Shown: positions 9,750 to 19,545 of the stretch, in pieces
Numbering within the stretch: position 1 is the stretch's first letter
Layout of the letters: every line of letters begins with the position of its first letter
Assembly (NCBI GenBank): GCA_965248835.1
Contig: CBDFLJ010000001.1
Span: forward strand, 1,792,001 to 1,856,000
Direction of reading: 5' to 3'
DNA from: Alphaproteobacteria bacterium
GTDB taxonomy: Bacteria > Pseudomonadota > Alphaproteobacteria > MPNO01
Length of the DNA stretch: 64,000 bases
Notes under the pieces: model-generated
Told to the model about the DNA's origin: nothing
Databases searched by the model: none
Seen by the model: the letters and a program-made list of their open reading frames with translations, nothing else
Position numbers and translations under genes: made by a program

Positions 9750-10928
9750 ATGAGCGCCCGCGGCACGCCGCTGTTCCTTGCCCTGGTCGCGATCACGCTG
9801 GTCGGGCCGCTTTCCATACATCTGTTCCTGCCCGCGCTGCCCTATGTGCGGCTGGCGTTCGCGGTCGATGAGGGCACCGCGCAGCTTTGCTTCAGCGCTT
9901 CGATTCTTGCGATGGCACTGGCCACCCTGTGCTACGGCAGCCTGTCGGACCGGTTCGGTCGGCTGCCGGTTCTGGTCTTCGGCATGGCGGCGTTTGCCGG
10001 CGGGGCGGCGGTCGGCGCGGTGGCGCCCTCGATCGAGGTTCTGATCTTCGGGCGCGTCCTGCAGGGCCTGGGCGCTGCCTGCGGCATGGTGATGGCACGC
10101 ACGATCGTGCGCGACGTCTACGGCACGGTACGGCTGGGCCAGATGCTGGCCTATCTGACCACGGCCTATGTCGTCGGCCCGATGTTCGCCCCGCCGCTGG
10201 GCGGCATCCTGACCGATGCCTTCGGCTGGCAGTCGATCCTGATCGTGCCGGCCGTCTTCGGCGGGCTGGGGCTGCTGATCTCCCTGGCGGTGATCGGAGA
10301 GACCCGGCCCGCCGGCGATGCGCCGGCCGTGCCGCTGATGCACGGCTACGGCCGGCTGTTGGGCATGCCGCGCTTCGTCTGCTTCGCCGTCAACCCGGGC
10401 TTCGGCTCGGCCGCCTTCTTCTCGCTCAATGTCGGGGCGAGCTATCTGTTCGTCGAGCAGATGGGCCGCGATGCGACCGATTACGGGCTCTATTTCATGC
10501 TGGGACCCGCCGGCTTCATGATGGGCAACTTCCTTGCGGGCCGGCTGGCGAGCCGCGTGCCGGCCAGCACGCTGATCGTCGTCGGCTCGATCACGACGTT
10601 TGCCGGCGCGCTGTGCCTGCCGGTGCTGATCGGGCTCTGGGGCCTGTTGCCGCTGAGCCTCTTCCTGCCGGTCCTGCTGCTGGCCGTCGGCCAGGGCCTC
10701 GGCATGCCGCATGTCCAGGCCGCGGCGATGAACACCGACCCCCGGCTTGCCGGCACCGCGACCGGCATCATCGTCTTCGGCCAGCACGCGCTGGTCGCGG
10801 CGGCCACCCAGGCGGTCGCGCTGACGGCTGACGGCACGACGCTGCCGATGACGGTTTGCGGGCTTGCCGCCGCCGCGCTCGCGGCGGCCGGCGGCCTCGC
10901 CGGCGTGGTTCTGTCGCGCAAGGGCTGA
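9750..10928 (+). CDS. Bcr/CflA family MFS efflux transporter
   Basis: GPLSIHLFLPALP, GSLSDRFGRLP (motif A), GRVLQGLG, R..VRD, APPLGG. Confidence 0.9.
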   Translation: MSARGTPLFLALVAITLVGPLSIHLFLPALPYVRLAFAVDEGTAQLCFSASILAMALATLCYGSLSDRFGRLPVLVFGMAAFAGGAAVGAVAPSIEVLIFGRVLQGLGAACGMVMARTIVRDVYGTVRLGQMLAYLTTAYVVGPMFAPPLGGILTDAFGWQSILIVPAVFGGLGLLISLAVIGETRPAGDAPAVPLMHGYGRLLGMPRFVCFAVNPGFGSAAFFSLNVGASYLFVEQMGRDATDYGLYFMLGPAGFMMGNFLAGRLASRVPASTLIVVGSITTFAGALCLPVLIGLWGLLPLSLFLPVLLLAVGQGLGMPHVQAAAMNTDPRLAGTATGIIVFGQHALVAAATQAVALTADGTTLPMTVCGLAAAALAAAGGLAGVVLSRKG

Positions 10929-10990
10929 GCCCACTCGATCCGGTTGGGACATGCTCTAAAATGGGCACAGACCTTGAGCGGGGGACGGAT

Positions 10991-12148
10991 GTGGCCAAGC
11001 CCGATTATCCGATCATCGATGCGGACAGCCATCTGAGCGAGGATCTGGGCCGGCTGGCCGAGCTTATCGATACGCGATACCGCCACTATGCGCCCAGGAT
11101 GCTCGACCAGGGGACGTCCGAGCTGTTCTTCATCGGCGGCAGCTACATGCCGCAGCCGCCCGGCATGTCCTGGGGCGAGACGATCACGCCCGGCGCGTTC
11201 CGCGCGGCCGACCGCGTGCCGAAAAAATTCGCCAACGGCGATCCAGTGGGGTTCGATCCCAAGGCGCGGCTCGCGCTGATGGACGAGCAGGGTGTCTACG
11301 GCTCGGTGATCTTCCCCTCGCAAGGGCTGTTTTCGGGCGCGCTGCAGCCCGGCGAGGTCGCTGCCGGGATATGCCGCGGGGTCAACCGCTATGTCGCCGA
11401 GTTCTGCGCAGCCGACACCGGCCGGCTGTGGAACACTGCGACCATCCCGCTGGCCGATCCGATCCTGGCCGCCGCGGAGGCCAGGTACGCGGTCGAGGAG
11501 CTCGGCGCGGTCGCGGTCTTCGCACCCTCCGGCGTGCACGGCCCGCAGCCGCTCTACCATCCCTTCTACGACCCGTTCTTCGAGACCATGGCCGGGCTCG
11601 GCGTGCCGTTCTGCACCCATACCGGGGCTGCCGTGATCGCCGAGCGCGGCCTTGCGGCCGAGCGCTTCCGCGGCCGGTTCGCGCCCTATCACATGACCAC
11701 CCATGTCTGCGAGGCGATGATCTCGGCCGCCGGTATCCTGTCCTACGGCATCCTCGACCGCCACCCGGACCTCAAGGTCGGCTTCTTCGAGGCCGGCGCC
11801 GGCTGGGCCCCGTTCTGGATCTCGAAGCTGCGCGAGAAATGGCAGGACATGGGCTGGATGATGCCCGAGATGGCGGCCGATCCGCTGGTCACCTTCCGCG
11901 AGCGCTGCCTGGTGACCGTCGAGGCCGAGGAGGCGATCCTGCCGACGACCATCGACTTTTTCGACGGCCGCGCGGTCGGCTGGTCGTCCGATCTGCCCCA
12001 TTTCGACTGCGAGGATTACGGCCGGCCCGACGCCTTGCTCGACAGCGCCGCGCTTACCGAGGCGCAGAAATTCCGCCTGCTCAACGCCAACGCAGTTGCG
12101 TTCTTCGACCTCGAGGTGCCGGGCTCGCCGGGCGCGGCAGCCGAATGA
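10991..12148 (+). CDS. Amidohydrolase_2 family metal-dependent hydrolase/decarboxylase
   Basis: IIDADSH, MDEQGV, HPFYDPFF, THTG, FFEAGAGW, SSDLPHFD. GTG start at 10991. Confidence 0.85.
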   Translation: MAKPDYPIIDADSHLSEDLGRLAELIDTRYRHYAPRMLDQGTSELFFIGGSYMPQPPGMSWGETITPGAFRAADRVPKKFANGDPVGFDPKARLALMDEQGVYGSVIFPSQGLFSGALQPGEVAAGICRGVNRYVAEFCAADTGRLWNTATIPLADPILAAAEARYAVEELGAVAVFAPSGVHGPQPLYHPFYDPFFETMAGLGVPFCTHTGAAVIAERGLAAERFRGRFAPYHMTTHVCEAMISAAGILSYGILDRHPDLKVGFFEAGAGWAPFWISKLREKWQDMGWMMPEMAADPLVTFRERCLVTVEAEEAILPTTIDFFDGRAVGWSSDLPHFDCEDYGRPDALLDSAALTEAQKFRLLNANAVAFFDLEVPGSPGAAAE

Positions 12149-12150
12149 GA

Positions 12151-12176
12151 CCGGGCGGGAGTCCCCTCCCGCCCGG
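12151..12176. terminator. GC hairpin between convergent genes (probable bidirectional terminator)
   Basis: Perfect 11-bp stem CCGGGCGGGAG/CTCCCGCCCGG with a 4-nt loop; no long U-tract. Confidence 0.55.
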
Positions 12177-12198
12177 CCATTGACGCGACTGGTTTGGG

Positions 12199-13236
12199 CT
12201 ATTTGCCGAAGATCAGCTCTCTGGCGCGGGCGACGACCGCGGGCGAAGCTTCCTCCAGCGCCTGGTGGACGACCCCCTGGATCTTGGCGCCGCTGGATGC
12301 CATCAGGCGCAGGCGGCGTTTGTTGAGGGCGGCGGTGAAGCCTGGGTCCGCGTTCATCTTGTCGTAGGCCGCGCGCAGCGTGGCGACCGCCGATTTCGGG
12401 GCGCCCGGCGGCAGGGCCAGACCACGCCCGAGAAGCCCGGCGACGGCGATGAACTTCACTACCGCCTTGTCCATCGGGTCGCTGACCAGGTCGCCCAGCA
12501 TCGGCACGTCGGCCGGCAGATCGGGGTCGCGGAAGATACCGACCTGGAGGACCGCCTTCGCGAATCGCTTGTCGCCGGTGAACCATTGCGGGACCTTGGA
12601 GCTCCAGGCCAGCCAGTTGAACGAGGCGGCGTTGGACTCGCCCTGCTCCATCGCCAGGATCGACCGCGAGGAGCCCTTGTAGCCGGTGACGATCTTCACC
12701 TTGAGCCCGAGCAGTTCCGCAGCCAGCTTGGGCACGATGTAACCGGTCGAGTTCTTGCCGCTGGTCGATGCGATGATCTGGATGGTCTTCATGTCCTTCC
12801 AGGTCTTCACGCCGGTGTCGGTGCGCACGACCATGACCATGTTGGTCTGGTTGGACGAGCCGACCCAGCTGTAGTTGCGCGCGTCGTAGCGCATCTTCTT
12901 GGGCCGCATGAGCTGGTTGACGACCGAATTGTCGAGCGGGACGATCATGCTGAAGCCGTCTTTGGGCATGGCGTTATACGCCCAGTTCATCGCCTTCGCC
13001 CCGCCCGCCCCGGGCATGTGCTGGAGGATGATGTTGGGGTTGCCGGGGATGAATTTGCCGAGATTGTCGGCAAACGTCGCGCCGTACTTGTCATAGGTAC
13101 CGCCCGGCCCGTAGGGGATGACGATCTTGATGGTCCGGCCGGCATAGTCCTGCGCCTGCGCGCTGCCTGCCGCCGCTGCGAGCGCGGCGGCCGCGACGAG
13201 CGCGGTCCGGGCGAGGCCGAGTCCGATCTGCTTCAT
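12199..13236 (-). CDS. Tripartite tricarboxylate transporter substrate-binding protein (Bug/TctC)
   Basis: Signal peptide, IVIPYGPGGTYD, MPGAGG, PKDG, GYKGS, EQGE, PPGAP. ATG 13236 follows GGGAGTGG. Confidence 0.9.
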   Translation of the reverse strand: MKQIGLGLARTALVAAAALAAAAGSAQAQDYAGRTIKIVIPYGPGGTYDKYGATFADNLGKFIPGNPNIILQHMPGAGGAKAMNWAYNAMPKDGFSMIVPLDNSVVNQLMRPKKMRYDARNYSWVGSSNQTNMVMVVRTDTGVKTWKDMKTIQIIASTSGKNSTGYIVPKLAAELLGLKVKIVTGYKGSSRSILAMEQGESNAASFNWLAWSSKVPQWFTGDKRFAKAVLQVGIFRDPDLPADVPMLGDLVSDPMDKAVVKFIAVAGLLGRGLALPPGAPKSAVATLRAAYDKMNADPGFTAALNKRRLRLMASSGAKIQGVVHQALEEASPAVVARARELIFGK

Positions 13237-13465
13237 GTGAATCCACTCCCTGAGAAATTTGTCCGGCCCCGTCCCGCGGGCAAGGGCACCGGCGGCAAGG
13301 CTCGCACCGTCTTGGCTCCGGTGCAAGCCGATATTGCGCCATCGCCGAAGCGTTCGCACCCCTGTTTCGGGCGAAGATGCCCGGACGCGACATCGCGCGC
13401 GGTGACGCGCGATGATGAAGACCGAGATCGGCACCCGCGCGGTCGCTTGAACGATGCCGCGCCGG

Positions 13466-14191
13466 TCAAGCGGTCTCCAGCCCGGCAAGAAGCTGCCCGA
13501 AGCCGTCGATCTTCAACCGCAGCCCGAGGCCGGAGAACGCGGCCCAGAAATCGGCCGGATCGCTCGCCACCACGGGCAACCCGCAATCCCGCTCGATGGC
13601 ATCGACCGCGTCCGCGGCGGGCCATTGCGGGCAAGGGATGTAGAGCGCATCGGCGCTCGGGGAGGCGGCAAGGACCTCGCAGGCGAACTTGTAGATCTCC
13701 TCGGTATGGACGTCCTGCAGGCGCTTGAAGACGACGTCGCGGGTCTGGCGGCCGACGACCTCGAACCCGTCGGCTTCCAGGAACGCGGCGACGTTGCGGT
13801 TGACCTCCTCGGGATAGGGCGAGGCGACGGCGACCTTGCGGGCGCCCAAATGGCGCAAGCCGTTCGCCGCCGAGCGGATCGAGGTGGTCGCCGGCACGCC
13901 GGCCTTTTCCTGGATGGTCGCGATCAAGGAGGCATCGAAGCCGTGGCCGCGCGAGGCCACCAGCGGCGCGCCGAAGTGGATCACGTAATCGACCGCGCGC
14001 GAGCCCAGATAGGCGGCGCTGTCCTCCAGCGTCCCCAGCGCCTGGTCGAAGTTCTCGTTGTCCCAGAACTCGATGTTGCAGGTGATGCCGACCAGCCCGA
14101 TGCCGTCCGGCACCATGCGATAGAAGTCGTAGGGCACGACCTCCATCACCGTCGGGCTGATGCCACCGATCCGTTTTCGCCATCCGAACAT
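13466..14191 (-). CDS. Asp/Glu racemase - maleate isomerase - arylmalonate decarboxylase superfamily protein
   Basis: VASPYPEEVN, FLEADGFEV, ADALYIPC, IERDCGLPVVAS. Only the second catalytic Cys position is Cys. Confidence 0.85.
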   Translation of the reverse strand: MFGWRKRIGGISPTVMEVVPYDFYRMVPDGIGLVGITCNIEFWDNENFDQALGTLEDSAAYLGSRAVDYVIHFGAPLVASRGHGFDASLIATIQEKAGVPATTSIRSAANGLRHLGARKVAVASPYPEEVNRNVAAFLEADGFEVVGRQTRDVVFKRLQDVHTEEIYKFACEVLAASPSADALYIPCPQWPAADAVDAIERDCGLPVVASDPADFWAAFSGLGLRLKIDGFGQLLAGLETA

Positions 14192-14258
14192 GAACCACCT
14201 CCTGTGCCGCGCGATCATCGACGGAACCGGGCCGTCTGGCAACGGGCTGCATTTTTTT

Positions 14259-14273
14259 GTTCACGCTATGTGC
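14259..14273 (+). promoter_or_regulatory. Candidate LexA (SOS) box upstream of mmcB
   Basis: GTTC-ACGCTAT-GTGC, one mismatch to the alphaproteobacterial GTTC-N7-GTTC box. mmcB is an SOS gene in Caulobacter. Confidence 0.55.
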
Positions 14274-14317
14274 CGAATTGTTATGATCCTTTTCCGATCA
14301 ACCGCGCCGAATTCGCC

Positions 14318-14746
14318 ATGCCGAGCCCCACCACCGAGGAATTGCTGCGCCGCGGCGTCAGCCGCCTTCTGACCGACATGGGCTATGGCACGTTGAGCGA
14401 GTTCAAGCTGACCACCGGGCGGCGGGTCGATGTGATCGGGCTCAACGACCACTGCGAGTTCGTCATCGCCGAGATCAAGTCCTCGATCGCCGACTACCGC
14501 AGCGACAACAAATGGCGCGAGTACCTGCCGTTTTGCGACCGGTTCTATTTCGCCGTTCCGGCGGCGTTCCCGCAATCGATCCTGCCCGGCGACTGCGGGG
14601 TGATCGTCGCCGACGGCTACGGCGGAGCGATCCGCCGGCCGGCGACCCCGATCGCGGTCAACGGCACCCGCAAGCGGCGCCAGATCGTCCGTTTCGCGAT
14701 GGCCGCCTCGTCCCGCCTGCACCGCGTCTTCGACCCGCACGCCTGA
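14318..14746 (+). CDS. mmcB: MmcB family DNA repair protein (PD-(D/E)XK fold)
   Basis: RGVSRLL, GRRVDV, EIKSSIADYRSDNKWREY..FCDRFYFA, GVIVADGYG. True start lies inside track ORF 13454..14746. Confidence 0.9.
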   Translation: MPSPTTEELLRRGVSRLLTDMGYGTLSEFKLTTGRRVDVIGLNDHCEFVIAEIKSSIADYRSDNKWREYLPFCDRFYFAVPAAFPQSILPGDCGVIVADGYGGAIRRPATPIAVNGTRKRRQIVRFAMAASSRLHRVFDPHA

Positions 14747-14789
14747 GGGCTGCGGGACCGCGCTGCGCCCGGTCCGCGCCGCCGGCGGC

Positions 14790-15548
14790 TCAGGTCTGCA
14801 GCCAGCGGCGGTCGGTCCCTTCCAGCACCACGCAGGTCAGCGAGCCGGTGAAAAAGGCCCCGGTATCGATACCGATCCGATTGGCGCGGATCTCCGGCCG
14901 GCGGACGATCGTGTGGCCGTGCACGACACAGAAGCCGTGATCGGCGCGCGAGTCCAGGAATTCGCCGCGGATCCACAGGAGGTCGTGGGTCTCCTGATCG
15001 GTGAGCGCGCGGCCCGGCCGGATGCCGGCATGGGCGAAAACGTAGCCGCCTTCGACATGGTAGACCGGCAAGCCTTCGAGAAAAGCCCGGTGGCGCGGCG
15101 GGATGGCCGCGCGCATCGCATCGCATATCCGGGTGAGTGCGCGCGCGCTATCGACGATCGCCGGCAGGGCGACGCCATAGCTGCACAGGGTGGTCTCGCC
15201 GCCGTTGGGCAGCCAATCGTGCCCCACCTCCGGCTCATCGAGGAACCGCAGCAGGAACGCCTCGTGGTTACCGCGCAGATGGACCGATTCGGCGCCGGCG
15301 ATCGGGGCGTCGATCAGCCGGTCGATCACCTCGCGCGAGGACGGGCCGCGGTCGATGTAGTCGCCGAGACAGACCACCACGGCGCGTTCCGGGCGCCGCC
15401 CGGCCAGATCTGCGGTGATCAGCGCCTGCATTTCCGCCAGCAGGTCGCAGCGGCCATGGATGTCGCCGATCGCATAGACCCGCGTGCCGGCGGGCGGCGC
15501 GTAGCCGTTCTCTGGGGTGGCGAACCGCTGCAGCAGGCGATCGAGCAT
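14790..15548 (-). CDS. Metallophosphoesterase (PrpA/ApaH-like Ser/Thr phosphatase family)
   Basis: GDIHG, GDYIDRG, RGNHE, HAG, HGHT, IDTG. Confidence 0.92.
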   Translation of the reverse strand: MLDRLLQRFATPENGYAPPAGTRVYAIGDIHGRCDLLAEMQALITADLAGRRPERAVVVCLGDYIDRGPSSREVIDRLIDAPIAGAESVHLRGNHEAFLLRFLDEPEVGHDWLPNGGETTLCSYGVALPAIVDSARALTRICDAMRAAIPPRHRAFLEGLPVYHVEGGYVFAHAGIRPGRALTDQETHDLLWIRGEFLDSRADHGFCVVHGHTIVRRPEIRANRIGIDTGAFFTGSLTCVVLEGTDRRWLQT

Positions 15549-15698
15549 GGCGCCAGGGCGTGATCGGCGGCCGGAGGCCGGGTTTCGCTGGGCCGCGCGG
15601 CGGCCGAATGTCCGGCGTGACCGCCCGATCATAGGCCTTGCCGGCCTCGGCCATCAATGTTCCAGCCGCCGCATCGAGGCCTGTCGGCCCCAAGCCGG

Positions 15699-16286
15699 TC
15701 AGTCGCCGGCCGGGGTCTCCCGCGGGGCCCGCTTGGACAGGATCCGCTGCAGCGTGCGGCGGTGCATGTTGAGACGCCGGGCGGTCTCCGAGACGTTGCG
15801 GTCGCACTGCTCGAAGACCCGCTGGATATGCTCCCAGCGCACCCGGTCCGCCGACATCGGCTGATCGGGCGGCGGCGGCAGCGCACCCTCCCGCGCCAGC
15901 AACGCCGCCTCGATCGCGTCCGCGTCCGCCGGCTTGGCGAGATAATCCACCGCGCCGGCCTTCACCGCCGCGACCGCGGTTGCGATGTTGCCGTAGCCCG
16001 TCAGGACCACGATCCGCGCATCGGCACGGGCGGCCCGCAATGCCGTCACGACCTCCAGGCCGCTGCCGTCGCCCAGCCGCAGGTCGAGCACGGCGAAAGC
16101 CGGTGGGCGCGATCCGGCCGCGGCGATGCCCTCGGCGGCCGACTCGGCGGTCTCCACCCGGAAGCCGCGGCTTTCCATCGCCCGGGCGAGGCGGTTGCGG
16201 AACGGCGCGTCATCCTCGACGATCAGCAGCGTCCGCTCGGCTGGCTGGCTGGCGCGCACGCCCGAGCCGGCATCCGGTCCTGTCAT
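15699..16286 (-). CDS. regA: Redox response regulator RegA/PrrA/ActR
   Basis: DLRL, LTGYGNIATAVAAVK, MSADRVRWEHIQRVFEQCDRNVSETARRLNMHRRTLQRIL. Confidence 0.97.
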   Translation of the reverse strand: MTGPDAGSGVRASQPAERTLLIVEDDAPFRNRLARAMESRGFRVETAESAAEGIAAAGSRPPAFAVLDLRLGDGSGLEVVTALRAARADARIVVLTGYGNIATAVAAVKAGAVDYLAKPADADAIEAALLAREGALPPPPDQPMSADRVRWEHIQRVFEQCDRNVSETARRLNMHRRTLQRILSKRAPRETPAGD

Positions 16287-17617
16287 GGGCCGTTCCCGCC
16301 TGCCGGCTCGCTCCGCGCGGCATTGGCCAGGACGGCGCGGTCCCAGATCACCTGAACCCGCGCCCCGCCGCCGGCGCCGTTCTCGAAGGCGATCGCGGCT
16401 CCGGTGCGCTGCAACAGAGTCCGAGCGATGAATATGCCCAGGCCCATGTGGCCTCCCCTGCCGGTTCGCGACGAAAGATAGGGCTCGCCCAACCGTTCCA
16501 GGAAGCGCGGCGGAAACCCCGGCCCGTCGTCTTCGACCGTCACGCGGATGCGATCACGGCTCCATCTTGTGGACACGGTGACTTCCGATCGCGCGAATTG
16601 CATCGCATTCTGCACCAGATTGCCGATTCCGTGAACGATTTCCGGCCGGTTGGGCACGATCGGAGGCTCCTTGGTGCCCGCGCCCTCCGGGCCCGAACGC
16701 ACCGCCAGCCGGATCGCGGCGTCCTCGTGGCGCGAGGCGGCGGCCTTGATCACCGCATCGAACGGCAGATCGGGATAGGGGACCGAGGCCGAGGCGTGGG
16801 AGGTGCTGCGCTCGAGGCTCGCCAGGATGTCGCGGCAGCGCTCGCTCTGGCTGATCAGGAGTTCGACGTCGGCTGCCATCGGGCTGTCCGGCCCGACTTC
16901 GCGGGCGAGCTCGCGGGTGACCAGCGCGATGGTGCCGAGCGGCGTTCCGAGCTCGTGCGCAGCCGCGGCCGCGATCCCGTCGAGCGTCGAGAGCTGCTGC
17001 TCCCGCGCCAGCGCAAGCTGGGTGGCGGCAAGCGCGTTGTGCATGTGCCGCGCTTCATCGGCGACGCGCCTCGTATAGGAGGCGAAGAACCCGATCCCCA
17101 GCGCCAGCGCGACCCACGAGCCCATCACGTAGGTCGGCGGCAGGGCGAAGCCGGCCGCGCCCCATGGCAGGGCGAGGTGATCCGTGGCGAGCAACGTGAT
17201 CGAGGCAAGGCCCAGGCCGCACAGCACGAGCGTGCTGCGCGGCCCGAGGATCGTCGCCGAGACCGTCAGCGGCGCCAGCAGCAGAAACGAGAACGGGTTC
17301 TCCAGCCCGCCGGTCAAATAGAGCAGGACCGTGAGCTGGACGATATCGAAGCCGAGCAGCGAGGCCGAGGCGACCTCGTTCAGCCGCTCGTGCGAGGGCG
17401 CGGCGATCGAGAGGGCCAGGTTGAGCAGCACCGATGCGCCAACCGCGGCGAACGTCGCGCCCAGCATGACCGGGAACCCGAGTCCGTAATGGACCACTAG
17501 GAGGGCCGCCGCCTGCCCGGCGATCGCCCCCCAGCGGATCAGCACCAGCGTGCCGAGCCGAACCCCATGAGTGGTGGTCAGGGCGTTCGGGTCGGGATGA
17601 GCGGTGTCTTCGAACAT
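16283..17617 (-). CDS. regB: Redox sensor histidine kinase RegB/PrrB/ActS
   Basis: TLVLIRW, GGLENPF (quinone site), AAAAAHELGTPL (H-box), ERCRDIL (redox Cys), DDGPGF, GLG. 4-nt overlap with regA. Confidence 0.96.
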   Translation of the reverse strand: MFEDTAHPDPNALTTTHGVRLGTLVLIRWGAIAGQAAALLVVHYGLGFPVMLGATFAAVGASVLLNLALSIAAPSHERLNEVASASLLGFDIVQLTVLLYLTGGLENPFSFLLLAPLTVSATILGPRSTLVLCGLGLASITLLATDHLALPWGAAGFALPPTYVMGSWVALALGIGFFASYTRRVADEARHMHNALAATQLALAREQQLSTLDGIAAAAAHELGTPLGTIALVTRELAREVGPDSPMAADVELLISQSERCRDILASLERSTSHASASVPYPDLPFDAVIKAAASRHEDAAIRLAVRSGPEGAGTKEPPIVPNRPEIVHGIGNLVQNAMQFARSEVTVSTRWSRDRIRVTVEDDGPGFPPRFLERLGEPYLSSRTGRGGHMGLGIFIARTLLQRTGAAIAFENGAGGGARVQVIWDRAVLANAARSEPAGGNGP

Positions 17618-17803
17618 GTCCTGACTCCATCCTCCTCGGCGGTACCCGGTCGCCTTGAGCGCAACCGCGGGCGTTTTCTCCCGCCCGGGCCAACGATATA
17701 GTGATCTCCGGGAGCGCTGCAGGCCAAGACCGGCGATATTCGTCGGCCCGGCCGGCCGACAGCGAAACTCCCGGCGGTCGATCGAAAGATGCGTGTCGTG
17801 CCA

Positions 17804-17818
17804 GAACATGTTCCGAAC
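17804..17818. promoter_or_regulatory. Candidate LexA box in the regB / ABC-exporter divergent spacer
   Basis: GAAC-ATGTTCC-GAAC, an exact GAAC-N7-GAAC match. Confidence 0.45.
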
Positions 17819-17868
17819 AGGCCGGGCCGGATCCGGGCCGCGTCGACCGCCGGCCGCGCCGGGGCGTG

Positions 17869-18657
17869 ATGCCGAACACAGGCCGTCGACAGCCCGCAGC
17901 AGTCGCCGATGCGATCAAGGTCGAAGGGCTGAGCAAGGATTTCGACGGGATCATCGCCGTTCAGGACCTCGACTTCTCGGTGGCAAGCGGCAGCACGGTG
18001 GCGCTTCTGGGCGGCAACGGGGCGGGCAAGACGACGACGATTTCGATGCTGCTGGGTCTGGTTACGCCGACCGCCGGGCGGATCGAGGTCCTCGGCGCGG
18101 ACATGATCGCCGACCGCCACGCGGTGCTGCCGCTGATCAACTTCTCCTCGCCCTATGTCGAATTGCCCAAACGGCTGAGCGTGCGCGAGAACCTGCGGGT
18201 CTATGGCACGCTCTACGGCGTCGTGCGGCTGCGCGAGGCGATCGACAGGATCACCGAGGATCTTGAACTCGCGGCATTCCTGGACCGGCCCTATGGCCAG
18301 CTTTCCTCCGGTCAGAAGACCCGGGTCGGTCTCGCCAAGTCGCTGCTCAACCGCCCGGCCCTGCTGCTGCTCGACGAGCCGACGGCATCGCTCGATCCCG
18401 AGACCGCCGATTGGGTGCGCGCCTATCTCGAGCGCTACCGCGAGAGCACGGGTGCGACGATGCTGATCGCCTCGCACAACATGGTCGAGGTCGAGCGTAT
18501 GTGCGACGACGTGGTGATGATGAAGGCCGGACGGCTGGTCGACCGCGGCGCGCCCAAATCGCTGATCGCCGCCTACGGCCGGGACAATCTCGAGCAGGTC
18601 TTTCTCGACATCGCCCGCACGCCGGCCGCGCCCGACGCCCCGGAAGCCCGCCGATGA
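17869..18657 (+). CDS. ABC-2 type exporter ATP-binding protein
   Basis: GGNGAGKTT, LSSGQ, LLLDEPT, SHNM. Start uncertain (17866 or 17869). Confidence 0.92.
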   Translation: MPNTGRRQPAAVADAIKVEGLSKDFDGIIAVQDLDFSVASGSTVALLGGNGAGKTTTISMLLGLVTPTAGRIEVLGADMIADRHAVLPLINFSSPYVELPKRLSVRENLRVYGTLYGVVRLREAIDRITEDLELAAFLDRPYGQLSSGQKTRVGLAKSLLNRPALLLLDEPTASLDPETADWVRAYLERYRESTGATMLIASHNMVEVERMCDDVVMMKAGRLVDRGAPKSLIAAYGRDNLEQVFLDIARTPAAPDAPEARR

Positions 18658-19493
18658 TCGGTCTTTCCGTCCAGCACCTCGGCCCCAACACGGGACTGCG
18701 CGGCTCGGTGCGCCGGATCGCGGCGATGGTGCTGCGCTACTTCTACCTGCTCAAGAGCTCCTGGGCGCGGGTGGTCGAGCTCGCCTATTGGCCGACCATG
18801 CAGATGCTGATCTGGGGGCTGATGACCGAGTTCCTGATGTCGCACAGCGCGTATTTCGTGCGGGCCGGCGGGGTGCTGATCGCCGCCGTCCTCCTGTGGG
18901 ATGTCCTGTTCCGGGGCAATCTCGGGGTATCGATCTCGTTCCTCGAAGAGATGTGGTCGCGCAATCTGGGCCAGCTTTTTGCAAGCCCGCTGCGGCCCTA
19001 CGAATGGGCGCTGTCGCTGCTGCTGATCAGCTTCCTGCGCACGCTGATCGGCATCCTCCCGGCGGCGGTGCTGGCGATTCCGGTCTATCATTTCTCGATT
19101 TTCGCGCTCGGCCTGCCGCTGGTGGTCTTCTTCTCCCAGCTTCTGGTCTTCGGGGCGGCGATCGGGCTCGCGGTTTCGGCACTGGTGCTGCGCTACGGGC
19201 TGGGCGCGGAGAGCCTGGCCTGGGTCGCGGTCTTCATCATTGCGCCGATCAGCGGCATCTACTATCCGATCGCGACGTTGCCCGATTGGGTCCAGCCGGT
19301 CGCGTTCGCCCTGCCCTCGGCCCATGTCTTCGAGGGCATGCGCGCGATCCTGGTCGACGGTGTCGTGGGGCTCGACCGGATGGTCTGGGCGGCTTGCCTG
19401 AATGTCCTCTACCTGGCGGCGGGGCTGGCGACGTTTCTGCATGTCTTCGGAATTGCGCGAAAACGCGGCATGCTGCTCCAGATGGGGGAGTGA
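18654..19493 (+). CDS. ABC-2 type exporter permease
   Basis: ATGA overlap with the ATPase. FLEEMWSRNL, SGIYYPIATLPDWVQ..A.ALP; about 6 TM segments. Confidence 0.9.
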   Translation: MIGLSVQHLGPNTGLRGSVRRIAAMVLRYFYLLKSSWARVVELAYWPTMQMLIWGLMTEFLMSHSAYFVRAGGVLIAAVLLWDVLFRGNLGVSISFLEEMWSRNLGQLFASPLRPYEWALSLLLISFLRTLIGILPAAVLAIPVYHFSIFALGLPLVVFFSQLLVFGAAIGLAVSALVLRYGLGAESLAWVAVFIIAPISGIYYPIATLPDWVQPVAFALPSAHVFEGMRAILVDGVVGLDRMVWAACLNVLYLAAGLATFLHVFGIARKRGMLLQMGE

Positions 19494-19545
19494 AGCGCGG
19501 GCTTGAACGAGTCGGGCGAACGGCCCAAATCGGTACAAACAGGAG

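Noticed and set aside
13322-13342. Sigma54 promoter for tctC (minus strand TGGCGC-N-GC)
   Set aside because: GG-N10-GC spacing holds, but the -12 element lacks TTGC at the right position; too weak to call.
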